A stretch of 64,000 bases of DNA from positions 682,001 through 746,000 of the forward strand of contig AP026143.1 of the NCBI GenBank assembly GCA_030295235.1. The letters run 5' to 3'. Numbering within the stretch: position 1 is the first letter of the stretch; each line of letters begins with the position of its first letter. The notes under the pieces were generated by a model. The model was not told the DNA's origin and made no database searches. It worked only from the letters and a program-made list of their open reading frames with translations. Source of the DNA: Fistulifera solaris (lineage: Eukaryota). Below, in pieces: positions 1-11,801 of this stretch. The position numbers were made by a program, and so were the translations under genes.

Positions 1-2014
1 CCTTTTATGAACTGCAGGGACGGTGGAAGCAAATCGAACAAAGGATGTCATCGTATACGCGGAAACGAGCCAATTCGTCTCTGCGAGTAAGGAGTAAAAG
101 GTCTTCGCAAGCTTTTGTAATTGCGTTGAAGGCGTATCCTCCGTTATAGCCTGTCCAAGAACGCCCAGCACTCGAATTCGCTCAAGCTCCAAGGGGGATA
201 TTTTACCTGTTACCAAACTCTCGCACAGTTCTATGACTCGACACAGTCGCACCACATCGGCCGTGGTTGGACGATTTTCTTTTTCTATGCTTTCACGAAT
301 TCGCCTCAGGATCAGGACACCCAAATCTGCGCACCGGCGTCCCCTGTGTTCTATTTGACTTCCACGTTGAAGAAAAAGATCGATAAGAGAATGGAGACCG
401 TTTGTCATCATTGAAGCTCTGATGACCGACTGATGAAACTGATTGGATTCCGCAGGTAACTGGGCATTATTGTCAGGAAGTGTGACAACGAGCCTTGTCA
501 AAGCTGCGACATCCCCAAATAGTAAAGTTTGATGCGTGTGGTGCTTTGACAGCTTTCTTTTTCGGTGCGTGGACTTGAGTATGGAATTGCGTGCAACCAC
601 GAGCAAAGACTTGACCTTGTCTCGTATTTGCGATTGAAGTAGACGGCTCAGACAGTTGGATATCCCAGACCTAAGCTCCGTAGATGTTCTTCCGTCCGTC
701 GAGAGCTTCACAAGGAGGGAAAGAAAGGAGCTACTTTGATCATAGTAGCAGTGTTCGATTGTAAACAATTGAATAATAGTAATCAAGAGTTCTCCTGTGA
801 ATGGATGCACGTCATTCAAAGACAGCCATCTTATGAGCAAATAGTGGAATGCAGTTCTTTCCATCTGCAAACATAAGTCGCAGACTATCAACCCGTCGAC
901 GATGGTGGTGATCGATTGTAACAAATGATTTTGAAAGTCGAATGATGCTGCACTCCACTCTCTGGGTAGAAGATCAAACATCAATTCCTCTATGAGCTTC
1001 AAAAAGTGTTCGATGTCTTGCTGGGATCGCTGCGCGTCGTTAGCAATGACTCGTTCCAGGACTTCGAGTATTGTCAGGGATCGCCCTTGAACGAAAGCAA
1101 GATCTAACGATTTGTGAATCTCCAGCGTTGACGTTACCATCAAAAGCTGGAGTACGGAAGCCAAACCGTCCTGCTGCCGCTTTGCCAGCCACGTGGATAC
1201 ACACTTTTCGGTCTTTGTGGTCACTTGGTCCACGCCCTGCTGCAAGGCTTTGTCTCCGATTTGAATCACCGCCATTTTCAATCCTCGTAAAAAATAAATA
1301 GTCTTGAGGAAACGCTCCGATAGCGATTCGTGCAAGTCACCTCCGAGAGTGAGAAGAACACCGAGACGCCCGACCAGAAACGTCAACACTTTAATGAAGA
1401 AGATCTGTTTTGTCACATCGGGTGCTGTTGGTAGCGACATGAATCCATCATTCATGAGATCCAACAAATACTTTGTTGCCATTTGTGACATTTCTGGAGG
1501 TAACGATCCCAGCACCTTCGCCAAATCGCAGATACCTTTCCACACGGGCGATAATAGGAAGGGCTTCCGTGTCACGTAATGGTTCAGGCGCAATAGTGAC
1601 CCGACGGCAAAGAGTGCAAGTTGTTGTTTCTGGTGAATCGCAGTTTCCGCTAAATCGCCATTATACGCAAAATTCACGTCAGAGCAGGCAGTCGCGGGGG
1701 TATTCGCAAGGATGGTTTGCAGAAGCTGGACGATTCGTTGGTTGTTGTCATTTTTCTCGAGCAAATATTGCAGGAAGCGAAAGACTGTAGCGAATCGCGT
1801 CAACATTTCGAGAGTTCCTCCCGACTGACTCAAACTAGGAAGAATATATTCAGTGACTTGTTGATAGGAAACCTCTACTTCTTCATCGGCAAGCATCATC
1901 GCCTTTCGAACTTCCGGACAAGGAACGGCTTTTCGAACGTAAGCATTCCTTTACGGAACGCTTATCGCTCCAGTCTCGACTTAAAGTTTTTATCAACGTC
2001 GAAACGTCGTGCAT
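1..2014 (-). CDS. Large helical protein, partial (3' end runs off the window), possibly FIRRM/C1orf112 (DUF4487)-like
   Basis: Manual minus-strand translation gives long open stretches, e.g. AYNGDLAETAIHQKQQLALFAVGSLLRLNHY and ...LLAETNWLVSAYTMTSFVRFASTVP. The latter resembles the C1orf112 C-terminal motif as I recall it. Candidate ATG at 2014, with a probable frameshift near 1900-1930. Confidence 0.5.
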
Positions 2015-2209
2015 TTTGTATCCTTTTGACTTGAATGACTCAGACGAAATCGCATAACGTCTAATTATACAAAGAGGTCTTGATGATTTATGTTGACCAA
2101 TAAGAGATGCTCATTGTCAAAGTTGTCGCGTTCGTCGCGTCGAAAAATGACACAACGTGCGACGAAAGGATGAGTGCCGGTACGATGTATGCGAACGAAC
2201 TATGTATAA

Positions 2210-2693
2210 TCTATCTATCTATTTATAATAGCGCGCTGTGTCCGTGTGTGTGTGTGTCACGTAACGTAACGTAACGCGCTCCCGGGTGTCCAAATCACGG
2301 GTTTGACGTTCCTTTTGTTCTTTGTGTTCTTTGCTTTGTTCTCATTCCACATTTCTTTTGTTCTTTATGTTCTTTTCTTTGTTCTCATTGGTTGTTCTAG
2401 AGTGACGTTTCCTTGGTTTTCGAATTTCGAATGCGACGTTTCTGAGTCTTCCGTTTTGCGTTGGTGCTCTTTTTACTTCCGTTTTGCGTTTGTGCTTTTT
2501 CCGCTTTCGTTTCGTTTTGCGTTTGTGCACTTTTTGATAGGCGCTGTGTCCGTGTGTGTGTCACGTAACGTAACGCTGGTCCCGGGTGTCCGAATCACGG
2601 GTGTGACGCTATCCCCGGGGATCGAGCCCCCGCTTGCGGGAAGGGCGAGAACGAAAAAAAGCCCTGCAGGGGCTAGACGCCGAAGGCGGCTAG
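2210..2693 (+). mobile_element. Non-autonomous Helitron, about 484 bp
   Basis: Inserted between A(2209) and T(2694). 5' end TCTATCTATCTATTTATAATAG. 3' end has hairpin CGCC-GAA-GGCG followed by CTAG. Internal ~70 bp duplication (2228-2302 and 2536-2602) with GT and GTAAC microsatellites and a T-rich interior. Confidence 0.8.
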
Positions 2694-2746
2694 TGATGTA
2701 TAAAGTCATGGAAACGATTTCAAAACTTCATTATTTATTGCTCCAA

Positions 2747-5700
2747 CTAAGTTGGCAAGGCTCGACCAAGAATCCCCAGGCTACTGTTGGAGCCGCGGAT
2801 TTCAGTCAAATCATCGTCTTCTAAGCTGCCCTTTCGCGAGCCGCAAAATAAAATAGCAGCAGACGCCAGAAGTAGCGGAAGCCATAAAAGTACTCCAAGT
2901 CCTTCCATAAAGTGGATATTGTAGCGCACAGGAAAGTTGTCTTCATAGACAAGGCCGTGTGAAGTACGCAATACTACCGACAAACTGTAAAACCCTGGTC
3001 CGTATCGAATGTAAATGCGCTCCGTGTAGACACCCGTTTGATTGTATTCGCCGCGCCACAATGCCCGCTTCGAAGAAGTACCATCACGAATCTCTACCTT
3101 GTACACACGACGATTCGGTTCGTTCTGAATGTTGGGTCGGTTGTCAAAGATTTCAAACGTGACCGGAACGTAGATGCCGAGAATATCCATGAAGCCGCGG
3201 CTAACGTCATGCACAAAAATACCTTGCGATGCCGAATAGCCGTGCGCATGCGCATTTTCTCGACCGCGCAATTCACCGTGAGTCCACGTATTCAATGCGT
3301 GCCATGGTGAGTTGGATTCGAGGGTTATGATTTTCCCGCTGGAAGTAGCAACGACAAGATCGAGCCGGCCCGTTCCGTGTACGTCGTCCGCTTGAACCAT
3401 GGCTGTCACCTGATCTCCAATAGCAACAGATTGTGTGCAGCCGGAACCACCTTCGATGATATACAACTGGTCACGAAACGGCTGCACGATATGCAAGCCC
3501 GGCGCCGAACCACCGGAAGGAGCGTGAGACCAATTCTTTGTCTTGGGTCTCCATTGGCCGCCATTGCGTCGAATGTACTTTTCAATGTGACTTTGATCCC
3601 CATGAAGATCTAATAACAGAGGCTGGGCTATTTTTCGATGGATGTCGCCAACAAACTCCTTTTCGCCCTCCTTGGTAAGTTTTTCTAGCTCCATTGGAAA
3701 ATGACTCAGACTTTCGCCCGTGGCAGCATTAAATGCTAAAACAAATCCCAAGCCCTCGATATCGATAGAAACCACCACATCGAGAATCCCATCACCGTTA
3801 ACATCTCCGAGTGAAAGTGGACTTGAGGCAGCTATCTCTTCGCCTTCGTTAAGCTGCAGAGCATCGATTATATTTCGATGCCATATTAACTTGGCTTGTG
3901 ATGAAAAGCAGGCAACATTTCCTCCTATATCTGTGACGAACACTTCCAAGTTCGTGTCCCCGGTTACATCTTCAACAAGAATTCTCGATTCAACAGGTCT
4001 GGGCATCTGAATTGGCCAGTTGTCACGCTTAAACATATGGCGTGCATCAAAAGCATAAACCATGCCCATACTCGTTCCAATAAGGACTTCCATTGAGTTA
4101 TCACCGTTAAGATCGGCAACGGTAGGAGTCCCGAGAGCAAAGGCACCCATTTTTGAATGATCCGACATTACCTGTATCTCATCCACAAGAGTGGCGTTTT
4201 CCGGAGCTGTGAAATCAGTGCTCAAATCCAAATGTGTTTGACCAGTCCAACGGGTAGAATCACCAAGCACGAATGCCATCAGGGCACTTGCAACATAGCT
4301 GCCCCGTCTCGCTTCTGTCTGATCTCCTAAATCCTCGTGTTCGAATCGCTTGTACGAAAAGAACCCCTCATGCTCGTCTTCATCAAAATAATACGAAACA
4401 GGAATGAATAAAACGTCGTCCATCTCTTTCTTGTCGGTGTAGGCTCTCGGGATTTCGACCAAAACTGGGTCGGCGAGGACATGCGGTGGTAGTCGAATAT
4501 AGTTACTGGCATCGTAATATTCATCATGTGCCGGGTCATGACCATAATAATCGTCATACGCGCCGTGATAGCGCCCGTAGTCAGGATCATCTACGTCCGC
4601 GGCGTATTCATCCGTCCCTGGCAACTCTTCGTTCCCTGCAGCATCATCGTCTCGAGTGAAAAAGGCATCGTCGATGGCACCACCCTGTCGTACTTCGTCT
4701 TCTGTATCGCTTCCACCTTTGTCTTTGTCGACGTCTGCCGCATGCTCGTCAAAATTCAAATCATGATGATCTACTTTGATTTGGTCCTCGTTGCCGTGTG
4801 CTTCCATATTCGCATTTCCATTTACTTTGTCAACAGCTACATTTGGATCAGGCACGTGATCAAGAAAGTGATTATCCGCCCCATCGACTTCCCATTCTTT
4901 CGGATGTCCATGGGCGCCTTGCCTTGACATGTACTTTCCTGCATCACCGGCGGCGTTCGTATCCAAATTGCCCTGACGATGACTTTCTTCCGTATCATGT
5001 GCGTCAGAATTCTCAGGATTTTCTCTATGTTGTTCTTCGTTGTCTAATCGATGTTGCTCTTCCAGTCGTCTCTCATTGTCTCCATGAATTCGTCTCCGCC
5101 GTCGACTTTCTTCTACATCCTCTTCTTTCTCCCGAACGTCGCTCTCCCCTTGATCATTTTGCGACTTCTGCTCACTTTTAATATTTTCAAACCGACGACT
5201 CCGTCGTTTCATCAAAGCATCAACTTGTTCTGACTCTTGATGAATCATATTTGCCGTTACTCCCCGTAACAAATCATCTTTGATCGGTCCACTTCCGCTA
5301 TAAAAATATTCAAAATAGGAATGATAGGGATCATGTGGTTTACTTCCTCCTCGTTTAGAAGGTGTTTGATCTGCTTCTCCTGCCGGTTCTTCCTCTATAG
5401 TCCGATGGAGTATTTCATCGATCCGACCTTGCATCCATTCGCGTCGTACAAAGAGACGAGGAATCTGTGTATGATGCAAATAGCGCTCGGGGTTTGCAAT
5501 TAAACCGGTCACTGTAATGCCTCCATCGTAATCTACCACAATCGCATCCGAAATCCCATCTCCATTGACATCGTGTACAATGGGTGACGTATGAAACGAA
5601 CTGCTTTCGAGTAAAAGAGGAAAGTCGGCCGATTGGATCAATGCTTCCGTAATGGTTTGACCGGGCGTTTCCAGTAATGCCGGTGTCAATACATCCAAAT

Positions 5701-6043
5701 GTTCGTATTGTGTCGTATAGATGACTTGTTTCCCTGGTGCGGGATAAATCGTATGCAGTACGGGAGGATGTCGAATTGCCAGGCCGTGCGGGGAATGGGG
5801 GCGTTGCGAATATCCCAACGTGAATTGCAGAGGACATTGTTCTTTGGAAATGCTTTTGTACGAAGTTATTTTATTGCTGACGTCTAATTGCTTCGAAAGA
5901 TTCGACCAATCGATGCGGTGCTCGATGTCTTGATCGTAAGGAGACGTTCGATAAGCAATGTAAGGTTTTGAAGACGGATTCGCGTTCACTGAAAGCGACG
6001 GAATGAGACAGAGAAGGAGAAAAAAGGTATTTATTCGTGTCAT
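2747..6043 (-). CDS. DEX1 (DEFECTIVE IN EXINE FORMATION 1)-like FG-GAP repeat membrane protein
   Basis: 1098 aa ORF with a signal peptide, several DxNGDG Ca-binding FG-GAP motifs (DVNGDG, DLNGDN, DVTGD, DVHGTG), an acidic low-complexity insert and a C-terminal TM helix. Confidence 0.85.
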   Translation of the reverse strand: MTRINTFFLLLCLIPSLSVNANPSSKPYIAYRTSPYDQDIEHRIDWSNLSKQLDVSNKITSYKSISKEQCPLQFTLGYSQRPHSPHGLAIRHPPVLHTIYPAPGKQVIYTTQYEHLDVLTPALLETPGQTITEALIQSADFPLLLESSSFHTSPIVHDVNGDGISDAIVVDYDGGITVTGLIANPERYLHHTQIPRLFVRREWMQGRIDEILHRTIEEEPAGEADQTPSKRGGSKPHDPYHSYFEYFYSGSGPIKDDLLRGVTANMIHQESEQVDALMKRRSRRFENIKSEQKSQNDQGESDVREKEEDVEESRRRRRIHGDNERRLEEQHRLDNEEQHRENPENSDAHDTEESHRQGNLDTNAAGDAGKYMSRQGAHGHPKEWEVDGADNHFLDHVPDPNVAVDKVNGNANMEAHGNEDQIKVDHHDLNFDEHAADVDKDKGGSDTEDEVRQGGAIDDAFFTRDDDAAGNEELPGTDEYAADVDDPDYGRYHGAYDDYYGHDPAHDEYYDASNYIRLPPHVLADPVLVEIPRAYTDKKEMDDVLFIPVSYYFDEDEHEGFFSYKRFEHEDLGDQTEARRGSYVASALMAFVLGDSTRWTGQTHLDLSTDFTAPENATLVDEIQVMSDHSKMGAFALGTPTVADLNGDNSMEVLIGTSMGMVYAFDARHMFKRDNWPIQMPRPVESRILVEDVTGDTNLEVFVTDIGGNVACFSSQAKLIWHRNIIDALQLNEGEEIAASSPLSLGDVNGDGILDVVVSIDIEGLGFVLAFNAATGESLSHFPMELEKLTKEGEKEFVGDIHRKIAQPLLLDLHGDQSHIEKYIRRNGGQWRPKTKNWSHAPSGGSAPGLHIVQPFRDQLYIIEGGSGCTQSVAIGDQVTAMVQADDVHGTGRLDLVVATSSGKIITLESNSPWHALNTWTHGELRGRENAHAHGYSASQGIFVHDVSRGFMDILGIYVPVTFEIFDNRPNIQNEPNRRVYKVEIRDGTSSKRALWRGEYNQTGVYTERIYIRYGPGFYSLSVVLRTSHGLVYEDNFPVRYNIHFMEGLGVLLWLPLLLASAAILFCGSRKGSLEDDDLTEIRGSNSSLGILGRALPT

Positions 6044-6244
6044 TGTAATTGCAATGACTTCTTCACGTCTTACTATTGCGGTGAAAAGGAATTTGTCATG
6101 AAGCTTACTCCGAAGAAGACATTTACAAGTATTGCTGCGATGTTGATCATCATCATCATCATCTAGACTATCTCACCCATTCGTCGCACAATGCATTTTA
6201 CCAGCCGCCTGCGGGGAGCTTACGGAGTACTTATTTATTTCGCG

Positions 6245-7219
6245 CTCATGACAGAAATCCAGTCGCGGATTGGTAGAACCAACTGTTTGGATCATAGTAA
6301 AAACATGAAGGTCAGGACTCGAAGACATTGTCGGCTGGAATCGCAATGCGCGAAATACCAAGGTGAGAGCATGATTAGCTTTGTATCTACTATTGTAATG
6401 AGACTACGTAGTATAATCAAACGCGAAAAAAGACACAAAAGAGCTCGCGCTGCAAGCATTGCAAGCTGCATGTACAAAAGGATTGATGCAGTCTCGTGAC
6501 AAAAATCCAGTCGCGGATTGCTAGAACCAACTGTTTGGATCATAGCAAAAACATGAAGGTCAGGACTCGAAGACATTGTCGGCTGGAATCGCAATGCGCG
6601 AAATACCAAGGTGAGAGCATGATTAGCTTTGTATCTACTATTGTAATGAGACTACGTAGTATAATCAAACGCGAAAAAAGACACAAAAGAGCTCGCGCTG
6701 CAAGCATTGCAAGCTGCATGTACAAAAGGATTGATGCAGTCTCGTGACAAAAATCCAGTCGCGGATTGCTAGAACCAACTGTTTGGATCATAGTAAAAAC
6801 ATGAAGGTCAGGACTCGAAGACATTGTCGGCTGGAATCGCAATGCGCGAAATACCAAGGTGAGAGCATGATTAGCTTTGTATCTACTATTGTAATGAGAC
6901 TACGTAGTATAATCAAACGCGAAAAAAGACACAAAAGAGCTCGCGCTGCAAGCATTGCAAGCTGCATGTACAAAAGGATTGATGCAGTCTCGTGACAAAA
7001 ATCCAGTCGCGGATTGCTAGAACCAACTGTTTGGATCATAGTAAAAACATGAAGGTCAGGACTCGAAGACATTGTCGGCTGGAATCGCAATGCGCGAAAT
7101 ACCAAGGTGAGAGCATGATTAGCTTTATATCTACTATTGTAGTGAGACTACGTAGTATAATCAAACGCGAAAAAAGACACAAAAGAGCTCGCGCTGCAAG
7201 CATTGCAAGCTGCATGTAC
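6245..7219. repeat. Tandem repeat family A, 248 bp unit x ~3.9, near-identical units
   Basis: Unit starts (ctcRtgac) at 6245, 6493, 6741 and 6989. The repeated ORFs in the ORF track reflect this periodicity. Confidence 0.97.
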
Positions 7220-7524
7220 TGCTCATCCAAGGGTTAAGGATTAACTCGCTTGTCTGTCTGTGGTACGTACGAACTCGGTGTGTCGTTTGAAAAGCAGCTG
7301 GCGTTCCGGACTGTGTATACAGAAAAGTGTACGAAATTCGGACAACACTTTGCTACCATACTCGGAAAACCACTGTTTCACGCACACACATCAAAAAAGC
7401 ATCGACAGCTTCGCTGCAGCCGTCCGATGCTAACAAATGGATGACAATGATACGAACGCAAACGGATTGCAAATAGAAACATTTTCCTTCGTAGACAATT
7501 CTCAACTCACAATCAACACTAACC

Positions 7525-8972
7525 ATGTCAAATCCCGAATGGGCCCTCGTGTGGCCGCGCAAACTGACGACGTCCGAAACGGAAACACTGCAACACAAAC
7601 TGCGTCCGCTCTTTGCGCATGGAGACGAAGAAGACATTCAGGATATTATTGATTACGCTATTACCGTCATTTCCAATCAAAAGGATATTCATTATATGGT
7701 AGAAGAAGTTGCGGGGATGGAATTGGAATTTTGTCCTCCCGAAGTGGCGCAGCAGATGGGGAAACATGTTTACGATTATTTGCAGGAGTTGCAACGGAAG
7801 GAAAGCGACAGTAACAACAAAAGTAATCCTACTTCTGCTCCCGAAAAGGCACACGTTGTTTCACTCCAAGTCGAATAAAGGCAATGCATTGACCATGTCG
7901 GGAGCCCTCGGGGCATCGCGAGAAGGAGGACGTGCCAAGAGCAATAACTCGACGCAGGGAGCCTTGACTGCGTCGCGCGATCGCAACGACAAAGACAAGA
8001 AACCTCCCAATCGCAATAAAGAAACAGACAAGCGAGGAGAACGACGAGATGATAAAGGACTCGCTTTTGATCGTCTGGTCGCGAAACGAAATGCGAACCG
8101 CCAAAGTAATGGCGAGGAACAGCGTGGTCCGAGAGGCCGAGGTGATGATCGAATGAGAAATAATGACGGCGGAGGAAGAAGAAATGGACCGCGGGACGGA
8201 CGAGGAGGGCGTGGCGGAGGAAGGAATGAGCGAGATTCCAGAGGACGCGGAGAAAGAGATCACCGAGGTGATCGAGAACACGGAGGGCGTGAACATAGAG
8301 ACCATGCAGGACGCGGTGAAAGACAACACGGAGGACGCGGCGAAAGACAACACGGAGGACGCAGTGAAAGAGATATGGAAGGTCGCGGAGGACGTGGTGG
8401 TAGAGGAGGAAGAGAATTCAGAGGAGGACGGAATGATGAATACGATGGTAGGGGGCATTCTGGTGCTCGTCGAAAACATGATGAAGAAGGCTATGAGGAT
8501 CCCGGCGTTAACAAACGAGTCCGAAGAGAAGAGCACAATTACTCGGAAAACTACAATGGTGGATATACCGAAAGCTACGATGAAAGTTTCGAACAAGCTC
8601 CTCACAGTGGGTACAAGCAGGCGCCTTGGCAAAGTCCGGCGTTTCGCGGCCGAGGACGCGGTCGAGGGGTCGGTTTGGTCGTGGTACTCCCGGTCGCGGA
8701 ACCTTTGGAAATGAACCCTATACGGAAAGCAGCGACGTTGATCCTGAGGCTGTTGCCGTCAATCCTTCTCCCATGGTCGCTGACACGTTTGGTCGAGGCT
8801 TTGCTGGTCGAAGTAGTTACCGAGGACGAGGACGCGGCTTTTATGCCCCCGCTTATGATCAGGTGAAAAACATGATGAAGGCTAAGACCTGGGTTCGCAA
8901 AAGGAGGGCGAAGATAATGCCAATGACGGAGAAAACGGCGGGAGCGGCGCTGGCGATTATCAGGCTGAATGA
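7525..8972 (+). CDS. RGG-rich RNA-binding protein with an N-terminal PWI/Nab2-like helical domain (frameshifted)
   Basis: N-terminal domain LQHKLRPLF..DIIDYAITVISNQKD, then long RGG/RGRG tracts and a terminal KTWVRK motif. Reading frame shifts near 7866, 8670 and 8900. Confidence 0.65.
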
Positions 8973-9446
8973 ATTTGTTAACGGTTTCAAAATAAAGAAA
9001 GATCTAACGCTGTGGAAACACAAAAGAAGAAATAAAAGGATGAAAAAGTGCACTGAAAATTTTGACTTTCATAATACAAACATAGAGCAAAGTGAGGCCG
9101 AGAGAATCGAGTAGACGCAAGCTTGAACAGACGCCAGCGATCGATGGATGCGACAGAAAGCACGATGTGAACCGAATCATTCGGTTGGTTTTTTGAGCCG
9201 TCAGGACATTGAATTTCTACTTCCTGGTATGTGGTGCTTTGTATTTTATGCGGCGACGACTGAATTATCCTTCAAACAAGAATATGTGACGCGGATGTAT
9301 CTTCTCGTTGCTGACCATTTCATGATACAAAACCGGTCTATTCGTGTAGACTAGAGAGTTCGGATGCCTTTCTTAGTCGTTCTAATCTGATAATTTAGGT
9401 TTTAGCCTAAAATTTACGATCGTTTGCATTATTCCATCGTAAAGAT

Positions 9447-10623
9447 CTATTCTTGCAATTCCACCACCATATTGAGTAAGAGCGGTAGTAAAACGGGGAT
9501 CATTTCCTGCACGCCCTTCGGGTTTCCAGGTAAATTCGCCACAACGGTGGAAGTACCCAAAATACCCGCAGTTCCCCTCGACAAACTTGCCAGCGGCTGC
9601 AGGCGCGAACACTCCGTCGTGACAAACGCCATGAGACCGGGCAATTCCGTATCGAGCACTCGCTTCGTAGCTTCTGGAGTGACATCGCGTGAACTGAACC
9701 CAGTTCCCCCCGTCGTTAAGATCAAATGCACTTGATCTTTCCAGCTGTTCAATTGCGCTAGAATGCGTTCCATGTCGTCTGGCACAATGGCGGTTGTCAC
9801 TTCACAAAGGCTATTGTTTTGCAATACTTCTTGCACCGCCTCGACCACGGCTGGCCCCGACAAATCACCCGTCACATAGGCACCTTGACTCGCACGATCA
9901 CTCACCGTCAGTACTGCCACATGCAATGGTTCGGGTAAGTACTGAAAGGGAATGGGTGGCGGAGTAAAAGGAGGAATGGTTCGATCTTCAGGTTGAGGTG
10001 CGGGAAATGATTGTTGCTTTAAGTGTTGCGATGGTGTCAGTTGAGGACCTTTAGTATCAATATCATCAACATCTTGACAACAAACATTCGACGCTAGCGG
10101 CATATCACGTTTTTCCAGTAGTGCCGTGTCGTGCTGGGCATGCAAAGCAGTACTAGCTTCATACTTCTGCATTTGTTCCTCTGTCGCTTTTCGTTGATGT
10201 CGTTTCTTCCATTCGTCATAGGGTATTCCGTAAACATGTTCGGCGGCTTCCGCGTAACCCATTTGATTCAATGCTTGTACTGTATCCGTCGACAAGTGGC
10301 GAGATGTGTCGTCAACCAATTGTCGTGCCGTCTTGACCATCCACTATGATTGTCGGAAGAGAATTAAGGAGCCGTGTGAAGGATAAGGAAAATAGTAACC
10401 CATGCATATTCTGCTAGTGAAACGACATCGTATGAGAACTTACTTTAGCTAAACAATTACGACAAAAGCCAGAAAGTGTCATGAGATCCAAGTTTTGTAC
10501 AGCATCGGAACGCTCTTGCAAATGGTGACAGAGACTTTGAAAGGCTCCGGCTTCCAATTCTTGTAGCACCGAAGAAGGAAGCTTCTGTGCGCAGTAAGAC
10601 GAAGTAGGCGAAGCAGAAGTCAT
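9447..10623 (-). CDS. DUF1244 - molybdopterin adenylyltransferase (MogA/Cnx1G/gephyrin G-domain) fusion; intron 10344-10443
   Basis: Exon 1 ELEAGAFQSLCHHLQERSDAVQNLDLMTLSGFCRNCLAK is joined through a 100 nt GTAAGT...CATAG intron to WMVKTA...VYGIPYDEWKKRHQ (DUF1244). The C-terminal part has MogA motifs VLTVSDR, DLSGP, TTGGTGFSSRDVTPEAT, LSRGTAG and NLPGNP. Confidence 0.85.
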
Positions 10624-10947
10624 CTCTGATACCGATATTGATAGAAGGAACGAAACAATAAGGAACTTATTACTTTGAATGAAGGAAAAAGAATTATGAA
10701 GCGTCGCATCTCGCCTCGTCGACCTGGTATAATAATGCTATATTGTTCGATGTAACGCCAAGCACCCCATTCCCAGATTTTCTGGGGACCTCACACTCCC
10801 ACATTTTCTGGTGGCTTGAAGATGCACACTACCAGATGTTCTGAACAGGTGAAAATACCCGACGCCCACATTTCCTGTGCGCACGTGTGACGAAAAACCA
10901 TTTTCTGGCGACCATAACAATCAGATTATACAATGAACAAGAAACAA

Positions 10948-11801
10948 TGTATGGAGGACTGTTTGGGGACTTGCCTCCTACGAAAGAGCAGCAACAGCAA
11001 CAGCAGCACAAAGCGGGCGATGTTAGTGAGACGCCCGCGAATGCTGCACCTCTGGACGGCCGCAACAACAACGAATCGAATGATATTGCTGCAAAAGAAG
11101 CTTTGTCGAAACTAAAGAAAGAGCCGCCCTCTTTGGTCGGTCATTTGGGTACTTCTGGTACAGCGGTAGCATTTATTCCGGCAGCAGCGCGTAGAAAGAA
11201 TCTCAAACGACCGGCTACGTCCTTGTCGAGCCTTACGAAGAGCATGAAAGAGAGCCATTCTACAACTGCTGTCGGTGCATCTCTGCCGAAAATCGCGACC
11301 GTATCAAATGCGAACGTCAAATCATCATTGTCGTGCCCGTCTGAAGTTTCACAGCGTCAACAAGACCACGAAATAGAGAAAACTGAATCCAACTTGCTGG
11401 ATTCAACGTCCGTTCCACTTTGCACGGAAGATACACTAGAGGATGATGACAATCAAAACGAAGACATGAAGGAAATCTACAACGCAACGACTGCTATTAC
11501 AGATCATCACACGCATCGATCGGATCGTTATGATCCTTTTCTACCGAATGATTTGTTGGAATACTGGGAACGAAAGGCGGCAGAGGAAACGTGGCGTGCG
11601 GAGGCACAAGCCGAACAACAACTGCGTCGCAATCGCGAACAAGCGGAGCAGCTGCGGCGACAACAACAAGAACGAGAAATGCACAAACCAGAGGAACCAC
11701 CCCGGGGTCGAGGACGAGGAGGACTTTCCAATTTACCGGCGTGGATGGTGGAACAACAACGGCGACAAGACGCGCTTGGATCGGCTTCGCATGGACAATG
11801 A
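10948..11801 (+). CDS. SPF45/DRT111 N-terminal-like protein (no RRM visible)
   Basis: Starts MYGGLFGDLPP, contains YDPFLPNDLLEY followed by a coiled coil, ends RGRGRGGLSNLPAWM. Confidence 0.6.

Noticed and set aside
6144..6162. (ATC)n and similar microsatellites
   Set aside because: Short, ordinary simple repeats.
6173..7237. Repeated 83-105 aa ORFs as a tandem gene family
   Set aside because: They are by-products of the 248 bp repeat. The unit length is not a multiple of 3, and the 35 kb copies have frame-breaking indels.
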